Shown: positions 5,612 to 11,390 of the stretch, piece by piece
How the letters are laid out: every line of letters begins with the position of its first letter
How positions within the stretch are numbered: the first letter of the stretch is position 1
IMG/VR virus record: IMGVR_UViG_3300032167_000073
Direction: 5' to 3' (one strand)
DNA from: a virus
Taxonomy: Duplodnaviria > Heunggongvirae > Uroviricota > Caudoviricetes
Length of the DNA: 11,390 bases
The notes under the pieces: generated by a model
Told to the model about the DNA's origin: nothing
The model's database searches: none
The model's input: only the letters and a program-made list of their open reading frames with translations
Program-made: the position numbers and the translations under genes

Positions 5612-5829
5612 TCAAAGTGGATGGCAGGCCGACGCGCCTGCGCCGTTTCCGGGTGCGCCTGCTGGTCTTGTCGGAGGTTCCCGCACAGTATGCAAGCGTC
5701 ACCGTCGAGCTGCTGGCCGCGAATTATTTGGATGCTCAGGAGCGTGTGGCAGCGCTTTTCAAAAGCGAGCTGGTGGATGAGGATCGCGGCCTTGAAGTGA
5801 CCGAAGTCGAGCGCACGAAGTACGCATAA
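5602..5829 (+). CDS. Hypothetical protein, 75 aa
   Basis: GGAGG RBS with GTG start overlapping the upstream gene end. Confidence 0.7.
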   Translation: MRMIKVDGRPTRLRRFRVRLLVLSEVPAQYASVTVELLAANYLDAQERVAALFKSELVDEDRGLEVTEVERTKYA

Positions 5830-5845
5830 GCGGGAGGATGAGCAA

Positions 5846-6133
5846 ATGGAAATCACAAAGATGCTGACGATCTCCAATGGACACGTGTCCGATGAAACGT
5901 GGCAGAAGCTTGCAAGGGAGGCAAGCGCGGAGTTTGGCGTTGTCCTGCCCATGGCCGTCTACGCAAAGGGCGAGTATGGTTTTCTCATCTCCTGCGCGTG
6001 CATGTATAATGAGGAAAACGAGGGTATCCCCGACGATCTGCTTATGTGCATGAAGCTGGCGCATGAGTGCGGCTGTATGTGGCTTTGTCTGGACGATGAC
6101 GGCGAGCTGCTTTCCTGCCTGCCGCGATATTGA
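5846..6133 (+). CDS. Hypothetical protein, 95 aa, possibly DUF5983-like
   Basis: GGGAGG RBS; IS-x-x-H, GEYGFLI and WLCLDDDG...LP segments resemble a mobile-element family from memory; family call tentative. Confidence 0.75.
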   Translation: MEITKMLTISNGHVSDETWQKLAREASAEFGVVLPMAVYAKGEYGFLISCACMYNEENEGIPDDLLMCMKLAHECGCMWLCLDDDGELLSCLPRY

Positions 6134-6157
6134 CAAACGCTCAAAACCCGCTATAAT
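6130..6157 (+). promoter_or_regulatory. Stand-alone sigma70/sigmaA-type promoter, not a copy of the repeat
   Basis: TTGACA 6130-6135, 16 bp, TATAAT 6152-6157; no CTGGAG or TAGTCA box; overlaps the upstream stop codon. Confidence 0.7.
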
Positions 6158-6217
6158 GGGCTTGTAGAGGCCGGAAAACGACGATAAAACGCACATTTTA
6201 ACCATGGAGGGATGATC

Positions 6218-6442
6218 ATGGGAGACCTTGTAACTATGGCGGTTCTGTCCGCGCTTTGTGTTGTGCTGTATAAGTTCGGCAATTGGTGCGGCGCAAAGGT
6301 TCCTGTCAATGATACCTATGACTTCCGGGGCTATCGCAAAAAGCCGTTTACAAGGGAAGATTTGGACGAGCTGCACCGCCGCTGTATCGGAAAGCCACAG
6401 AAGGAACAGCAGTGGATCATCCGCAATTACAGAGGAAAGTGA
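6218..6442 (+). CDS. Putative membrane-anchored protein, 74 aa
   Basis: GGAGGG 6206-6211 favours ATG 6218; N-terminal hydrophobic stretch LVTMAVLSALCVVLY. Confidence 0.75.
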   Translation: MGDLVTMAVLSALCVVLYKFGNWCGAKVPVNDTYDFRGYRKKPFTREDLDELHRRCIGKPQKEQQWIIRNYRGK

Positions 6443-6452
6443 GCGCCCTATC

Positions 6453-6623
6453 ATGACACCAAAGGAATTCTATGAGCAGATGCAGCAGATTCGTGCAGAC
6501 GAGGATCTTTCAAATGACGATAAGCATGAGCGCATGGACGCGCTGATGTGCAAGTTGCTGGCCGAAATGGGATATACAGACGGCATTGAAGTTTTTAGAA
6601 GTACAGAAAAATGGTATTGGTGA
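6453..6623 (+). CDS. Hypothetical protein, 56 aa
   Basis: ATG 6453 in the long open frame; RBS weak; ends at the terminator. Confidence 0.75.
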   Translation: MTPKEFYEQMQQIRADEDLSNDDKHERMDALMCKLLAEMGYTDGIEVFRSTEKWYW

Positions 6624-6653
6624 TCCGGCCTGAAATGGTCGGATTTTTTCTTT
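6623..6653 (+). terminator. Intrinsic terminator
   Basis: ATCCGGCC/GGTCGGAT 8-bp stem (one G-U), 6-nt loop, then TTTTTCTTT. Confidence 0.8.
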
Positions 6654-6664
6654 GAAAATTTCTT

Positions 6665-6728
6665 AAAAATAATACCGAAAAAGTATTGACGCAAGATTGA
6701 ACTGGAGTTATAATCTAACCGTAGTCAA
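6665..6728 (+). promoter_or_regulatory. Repeat-promoter copy 6
   Basis: TTGACG 6686-6691, 17 bp, TATAAT 6709-6714, CTGGAG, AACCGTAGTCAA. Confidence 0.9.
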
Positions 6729-6766
6729 GGAACAGCAACGGTAAAACGAAACAGGAGGACGGAACG

Positions 6767-6940
6767 ATGAAGTGGAAAGTCGTGGTTGATATCTCCCCTA
6801 GAATGATCGAAGGAACCAACGGTTGTCATAAGTATGTGCATAGCTGGCACGACACGAAGAAGGAAGCGGACAACATCGCAGCGCAGATTAACGAAAACGG
6901 CAAGCTTGGCAAGGCGACGGTCGAAAGAGTAAAGCGATAA
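6767..6940 (+). CDS. Hypothetical protein, 57 aa (MKWKVVVD...ERVKR)
   Basis: AGGAGG RBS; first gene of module 6; not in the ORF track. Confidence 0.8.
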   Translation: MKWKVVVDISPRMIEGTNGCHKYVHSWHDTKKEADNIAAQINENGKLGKATVERVKR

Positions 6941-6954
6941 GGGAGGAAAACACG

Positions 6955-7266
6955 ATGAGACTTCATTATTACAGATTCCCGGAGAATACGCCGGAAGAAA
7001 CCAAATTGGCCGAGGGCTGCGCGGTGATCCTGAAGACTGGTAGAGAGATTTGCGTTGACCATATCCCGGATGACCGTAGGCCGCTGGTTGATCGTGTGGA
7101 TGATACGCTTGGCGGGCTGTCTATCACGCACGTCAAGAACCTGATCAAGACCTACGGCGGCACCGGATGGACGGAGCACTGCGAGCGAGACGGCAGCGTG
7201 TTTGAAGTCACCGAGATCAAGCTGGCCGGAAACAATAGCCGATTCAAATACAACCATCACCTGTAA
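6955..7266 (+). CDS. Hypothetical protein, 103 aa
   Basis: GGGAGG RBS; co-oriented ORF. Confidence 0.85.
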   Translation: MRLHYYRFPENTPEETKLAEGCAVILKTGREICVDHIPDDRRPLVDRVDDTLGGLSITHVKNLIKTYGGTGWTEHCERDGSVFEVTEIKLAGNNSRFKYNHHL

Positions 7267-7279
7267 GGAGGCGACGATC

Positions 7280-7498
7280 ATGGAAACCATCAAGGAAAAG
7301 ACCTTGACCTTTATGGATGTGGACGCTTGGAGCCGTCCGCTTTACAAGGATGAAAACGGCAGAATATGGGCAGATATATCGCCGATGAGCGGGTGGAAGC
7401 CGGAATTGTACACCGTCACAGACGAGGGCGAGCCGGATATGCCGATGAAGTCTGGCATCAAAGTCACGTTTGTACCGCATCGAATCGTGTGGAGATGA
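7280..7498 (+). CDS. Hypothetical protein, 72 aa
   Basis: AAGGAGG RBS favours ATG 7280. Confidence 0.85.
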   Translation: METIKEKTLTFMDVDAWSRPLYKDENGRIWADISPMSGWKPELYTVTDEGEPDMPMKSGIKVTFVPHRIVWR

Positions 7499-7511
7499 GG
7501 AGGAAGAAACC

Positions 7512-7739
7512 ATGATCAAGGCAGAGGGAAACAGGATGATCGAAGTGAGCAGAAAAGATTTGAAGCTCTACACGTTCGGCGCTAACCTCAATCCGATTTA
7601 TAACATCAAAGAGCCGGAACTGACCGAAATCAAGATCCCGGCCACGGATTACCAGCACGCACTTGACCGCCTTGAGGCGCTGGTTGGCCGCAGCAGAGTG
7701 TCTGAATTCTTCTGGCAGGATGAAGAAAAGTATGAATAA
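7512..7739 (+). CDS. Hypothetical protein, 75 aa
   Basis: GAGGAGG RBS favours ATG 7512. Confidence 0.8.
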   Translation: MIKAEGNRMIEVSRKDLKLYTFGANLNPIYNIKEPELTEIKIPATDYQHALDRLEALVGRSRVSEFFWQDEEKYE

Positions 7740-7752
7740 GGAGGGCGACAAA

Positions 7753-7959
7753 ATGAGTAGTAACGAACGAAACGAGCTTGTGCATGCACTGTCCGCAGCA
7801 TCCAATGCTTTTCATAGAGTTCTGAAAGAACATGGCTATGAAGTGAGCTATGGTCTGGATAATACAAACACCGGGATCATCATGAAATCTGATGTTCCTG
7901 TGTATGAAAACAATGATCTTGGAAAACTGACAATCCTTTGGAATCTGAAAAAGGAGTGA
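7753..7959 (+). CDS. Hypothetical protein, 68 aa
   Basis: AAGGAGG RBS favours ATG 7753. Confidence 0.8.
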   Translation: MSSNERNELVHALSAASNAFHRVLKEHGYEVSYGLDNTNTGIIMKSDVPVYENNDLGKLTILWNLKKE

Positions 7960-7964
7960 AGAAG

Positions 7965-8120
7965 ATGAAGCCTTGTGCAGAACTGGCGATAGAAAGAGCA
8001 AAGCGGGAAAAGCTTGAGCTTGCAAAGAAGTACGACGTGTCGCCGTCAGCGATTGTATGGCTGGGCGATAGCCGCTATATCGTCGTCAAAGGCGGTCAGG
8101 AAATCAAGGTGTGGAGGTAA
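7965..8120 (+). CDS. Hypothetical protein, 51 aa
   Basis: AAGGAG RBS before ATG 7965. Confidence 0.75.
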   Translation: MKPCAELAIERAKREKLELAKKYDVSPSAIVWLGDSRYIVVKGGQEIKVWR

Positions 8121-8124
8121 AACC

Positions 8125-8352
8125 ATGTGGATTGGCTTTGATACAAATAAGCATCATGGTATCGTTGAAGTGGGTACGGGACGGGTTATCGCGTATGAAA
8201 ATTCCCCGGCGATATCAAGACGAAAGTTTGAAACACATGTGAAAACGTCTGTGAATACCTTTCCGTATACGGATGAGGATTTGATTATCATCGGAGCGAG
8301 AAAAGCTCTGTTTGGATGTTCGCACGTGCTCAATGAGGTTGCGGGAGGTTAA
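8125..8352 (+). CDS. Hypothetical protein, 75 aa
   Basis: GGAGGT RBS before ATG 8125. Confidence 0.8.
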   Translation: MWIGFDTNKHHGIVEVGTGRVIAYENSPAISRRKFETHVKTSVNTFPYTDEDLIIIGARKALFGCSHVLNEVAGG

Positions 8353-8357
8353 AGAGA

Positions 8358-8525
8358 ATGTTTGTTGAAGATCATCGTCGATATTTCATCATGCAGCAGT
8401 ATTGGGATCTGTGGGGCATCGTCGAGGAAGAGGATGCGTATATCTGTCATGATGCGCTGGAGGAGTATGCGCAGGAATGGCATACGACGGTTGAAGAGCT
8501 TTTAAAACAGATGATCGAAGTGTAA
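8358..8525 (+). CDS. Acidic hypothetical protein, 55 aa (MFVEDHRRYF...QMIEV)
   Basis: GGGAGGT RBS; 14 D/E versus 3 K/R; not in the ORF track. Confidence 0.8.
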   Translation: MFVEDHRRYFIMQQYWDLWGIVEEEDAYICHDALEEYAQEWHTTVEELLKQMIEV

Positions 8526-8537
8526 CGGAGGAATAAC

Positions 8538-8729
8538 ATGGTCAGACACATGCCCGCGCCGAGGCTCAAGAACTATGTTTACCGCTATAAGACGGATAAA
8601 GCCCTGCTGGAAAAGCACCCGGAGCAGCGCGAGCTGCTGGAAAAGAGGATCGCGCGGCACGAAAAGGATATTGTCGCCTACGTGACGAGCGAGCATTTTG
8701 AAAATGCACTGAATAATCTTCATCTTTGA
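8538..8729 (+). CDS. Hypothetical protein, 63 aa
   Basis: GGAGG RBS; stop codon abuts repeat copy 7. Confidence 0.8.
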   Translation: MVRHMPAPRLKNYVYRYKTDKALLEKHPEQRELLEKRIARHEKDIVAYVTSEHFENALNNLHL

Positions 8730-8792
8730 AAAATAATACAGAAAAACTATTGACATATGCATACGCTGGAGTTATAATACAACCATAGTCAA
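8729..8792 (+). promoter_or_regulatory. Repeat-promoter copy 7
   Basis: TTGACA 8750-8755, 17 bp, TATAAT 8773-8778, CTGGAG, AACCATAGTCAA. Confidence 0.9.
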
Positions 8793-8823
8793 TGACATGC
8801 AATGGTAGATGGAGGGATACAGA

Positions 8824-9201
8824 ATGAAGAACGATCTGATGTTTGGTTGCCTTGGCAACGGAATCACGGTATGGGATAGAAGCCGGAATGAGGGTGGCAA
8901 CTATAAGACCGTCGCGCATATCAGCGAGTTCGGCGGCGTGCGTCTCTTTAAGAATCACGGTCTTTCCGATGAAAGTATTGCCCGGATTCACCAGCATGCG
9001 AGGCATCAGGCCGAGGCATTCCACGTTCATTTCCTGAATCTGCCGTATAGCAGGCAGCTTGAATACTATTACAACGTCATGACGCATGCGCAGTTCCTTG
9101 AGCGAGGGAAAAGCGGCGATAAGACGGCGCAGCAGCTCTATGAAGCGTATGTCAGTTGTGCATGCGCCAATCATGGTTACGAGATGAGGGAATCGCAATG
9201 A
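8824..9201 (+). CDS. Hypothetical protein, 125 aa
   Basis: GGAGGG 8811-8816 favours ATG 8824; GNGITVWDR...YKTVAHIS segment resembles a motif I associate with mobile elements. Confidence 0.85.
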   Translation: MKNDLMFGCLGNGITVWDRSRNEGGNYKTVAHISEFGGVRLFKNHGLSDESIARIHQHARHQAEAFHVHFLNLPYSRQLEYYYNVMTHAQFLERGKSGDKTAQQLYEAYVSCACANHGYEMRESQ

Positions 9202-9689
9202 ATGATGTAATGAGAATTGATTTTATATCCGGCATGTGTAATTCCGATGGCGAACTTGTAAAAGGAACGGAAAAAGAAGTTTGCATACTCTTTAATCAAA
9301 CGGTCATTTCCAAGGAAGAAGTGCATGAGCTGATAAAAGCGGGGATGTATGAATACGATAAACGTATTATCGTCACAACGCCCGTTCAGGCGGATAATCT
9401 GAAAGGTTGTAAAAAGGGGGGGGCTGAAATCATGGTGAAGCATGGCCTGTTTGATACAAACGATCTGCTTCTGAGCAAGGGGCAGAAGGATGTCAAGGAT
9501 TTTCTGATCTTTGAATCCGAAACGTCCGCTGTTTATCCTTTTGCCGTTGCGCCGGAGGATGTGACGTTTGCGCATGTTGCGCAGATCATCGACACGGCAA
9601 GCGCAGGTTCTTGGCATGCCGGGTTCAATGTCACGACGGATGATCTGTATGCAGCTTGTGAAAAGGTGCTTGGCATCAATCCAGCTTAA
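9198..9689 (+). CDS. Hypothetical protein, 163 aa; possibly two genes joined across a G8 tract
   Basis: ATGA overlap with the upstream stop; internal A5G8 at 9411-9423 sits 8 nt before in-frame ATG 9432. Confidence 0.75.
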   Translation: MNDVMRIDFISGMCNSDGELVKGTEKEVCILFNQTVISKEEVHELIKAGMYEYDKRIIVTTPVQADNLKGCKKGGAEIMVKHGLFDTNDLLLSKGQKDVKDFLIFESETSAVYPFAVAPEDVTFAHVAQIIDTASAGSWHAGFNVTTDDLYAACEKVLGINPA

Positions 9690-9706
9690 TAATACGGAGG
9701 TTGTTT

Positions 9707-9904
9707 ATGTTTGTGAGACAGCTTGTCAGAATGGCACATAATGATGAATATATCAGCGTTGAGGATGAAAGCTTTAATGTATTTGCAGAAGGAGAAGCAA
9801 GAAACGTGATGTCAAATCGCGTCATTCTTGGCCTGAAGGTAGATCATTTTTATACAGGGAACCGGAATAACCGCGAATGCACTGTGGTTGTTGCAAGTAA
9901 ATAA
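9707..9904 (+). CDS. Hypothetical protein, 65 aa
   Basis: GGAGGT RBS before ATG 9707. Confidence 0.8.
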   Translation: MFVRQLVRMAHNDEYISVEDESFNVFAEGEARNVMSNRVILGLKVDHFYTGNRNNRECTVVVASK

Positions 9905-9928
9905 GGATTGCAGACAGGAGGAAACACC

Positions 9929-10618
9929 ATGGAAGATCGTTGCAGGGATGTGCTTGGCGAGCGCGAGGATCACCCGTCGTATGCGATGATGAGTGTCAGT
10001 AAGATGTCGTCAAACGTCGGCATGCCGCTGTTTGGTTCGTCCATCAAGCACCGCGATACCATCAAGCTCACCATTAAGCGCGGACATGTGCGCCGCAGGC
10101 TCAATCAGGACTGGTATTATGGTAATGAGCGTTTGATCGAAGTGGAGATGTCGTATTCGCAGTTCGCCGAGATCATGACCTCTATGAACGTCGGAGACGG
10201 TATCCCGGTCACGCTCACCTATTTCAAGGGTGAAGGACGCATCCCGGAATGCCCGTTCGTAGATAAGGCGAGCGTGCATCTTGACGAGTTCCGCGAGAGC
10301 CTGAAGAAGACCTACGCCAATACGCAGGCGCTTATTGGGCGCGTGCGGGAGCTTTTCGCGGGTAAAAAGTCCTTTAATAAGGCAGAGCAGCATGAGATCC
10401 TGTGTGCGCTTAATTCCATCAGTGCCGATATCGGCACCAATCAGGATTTTCAGGTGTCGCAGTTTCATGAGCAGATGGAAAAGACTGTCCGCGAGGGTAA
10501 GGGCGAGATTGAGAGCTTCTTCCAGAGCAGGGCGAGCCATTATGCGGCGCATAAGCTTGTCGAGGCGGGCGAAGAGGCTATGCCGGAGCTTCCGCCCGTG
10601 GAAATTGATATGAAATAA
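9929..10618 (+). CDS. Hypothetical protein, 229 aa, longest in the window
   Basis: AGGAGG RBS before ATG 9929; HPSY...LFGS...IEVEMSYSQFAE pattern looks like a phage/plasmid family of unknown function (from memory). Confidence 0.9.
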   Translation: MEDRCRDVLGEREDHPSYAMMSVSKMSSNVGMPLFGSSIKHRDTIKLTIKRGHVRRRLNQDWYYGNERLIEVEMSYSQFAEIMTSMNVGDGIPVTLTYFKGEGRIPECPFVDKASVHLDEFRESLKKTYANTQALIGRVRELFAGKKSFNKAEQHEILCALNSISADIGTNQDFQVSQFHEQMEKTVREGKGEIESFFQSRASHYAAHKLVEAGEEAMPELPPVEIDMK

Positions 10619-10641
10619 TAACAATAAAGCGAGGATAAATC

Positions 10642-10791
10642 ATGATCATCACCATCAGGGACGGCCTTGGTTATGTCAGTCTGGAAATCGAAAACGACAT
10701 CACCTTCACGGATGGCTATGCCTTTTTCACTGCTGATAACAAAGAGTATAAGGTGCATGCGGAGCATGTCGTTGAGATCACCGGGAAATAA
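10642..10791 (+). CDS. Hypothetical protein, 49 aa (MIITIRDG...EITGK)
   Basis: GAGG RBS; ends just before repeat copy 8; not in the ORF track. Confidence 0.75.
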   Translation: MIITIRDGLGYVSLEIENDITFTDGYAFFTADNKEYKVHAEHVVEITGK

Positions 10792-10805
10792 GTTCAAAGA
10801 AATTT

Positions 10806-10867
10806 AAAAATAATGCAGAAAAGGTATTGACAAATGTGCCGTCTGGAGTTATACTAACCTTAGTCAG
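10806..10867 (+). promoter_or_regulatory. Repeat-promoter copy 8
   Basis: TTGACA 10827-10832, 17 bp, TATACT 10850-10855, CTGGAG, AACCTTAGTCAG. Confidence 0.9.
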
Positions 10868-10935
10868 AGAGATACTAAAGTTGATCTTTGAACTAGACGC
10901 CAATTCTCAAGTATGGTAAGATGGAGGGAGCCGAC

Positions 10936-11142
10936 ATGAATTCTACGCTATATAGCAAGGCTATCCGAACGCCGATCATCGGCGATTATCTGGAAAGCGC
11001 CTGCATTCCGAGGGACGATCAAAGCGTGCTGGCCGCAGCAAGGTATCTCAATGATACGAGGTACGACAGCGGACGCTTTGAATTCGCTTCCGCTTCCGAG
11101 CGTGGGGCGTTTACCCGGTTCTTTAATCGTTACTGTAAGTAA
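10936..11142 (+). CDS. Hypothetical protein, 68 aa
   Basis: GGAGGGAG RBS favours ATG 10936. Confidence 0.8.
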   Translation: MNSTLYSKAIRTPIIGDYLESACIPRDDQSVLAAARYLNDTRYDSGRFEFASASERGAFTRFFNRYCK

Positions 11143-11166
11143 ATAGAAATCATGGAGGAAATGAAA

Positions 11167-11382
11167 ATGGCAAAGCAGAAGAAGCAGGAACCCATGATCA
11201 CCTATACCGAAATCCTTTCCCGCGCGATCCGTCAGATGGAGGCGGAGCTTGAAAGCTGGGAAACGCGCATGGCCGGAAAGCCCGGTATGGAGGAGTATAT
11301 CGAGGCCAAGCGTGATGAGCTTTGCCCCAAGATCGAGGCCACGAAGACGCTGTACAAGATCGAAACCGGAACCGACTATTGA
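11167..11382 (+). CDS. Hypothetical helical protein, 71 aa
   Basis: GGAGG 11154-11158 favours ATG 11167. Confidence 0.8.
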   Translation: MAKQKKQEPMITYTEILSRAIRQMEAELESWETRMAGKPGMEEYIEAKRDELCPKIEATKTLYKIETGTDY

Positions 11383-11390
11383 TAGAAAGG

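Noticed and set aside
175-10797. Minus-strand and alternative-frame ORFs in the track (for example 947-1576, 5759-6454, 8566-9198, 10010-10624)
   Set aside because: They overlap a tightly packed + strand gene set with good RBSs and matching promoters, and show no RBS or promoter support; read as shadow ORFs

Overview
All-plus-strand array of about 38 short, mostly unknown genes (27-229 aa), most with strong GGAGG-type RBSs suggesting a Firmicutes host. It looks like the early/host-takeover region of a large phage or the leading/establishment region of a conjugative element; no hallmark gene in the window decides which. Eight copies of a ~62-64 bp repeat divide the array into modules. Each copy carries a near-consensus sigma70/sigmaA promoter (TTGAC[A/G]-17 bp-TATAAT-like) plus extra conserved boxes (CTGGAG before the -10, AACCNTAGTCA after it). 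Two intergenic stretches fit self-cleaving ribozyme cores base by base: a circularly permuted twister (876-941), starting right after the stop codon of a putative SAM-lyase-like gene, and a type I hammerhead (1998-2053). Each ribozyme lies directly after the first gene of its module. Product calls come from remembered family motifs and were not checked by any search.
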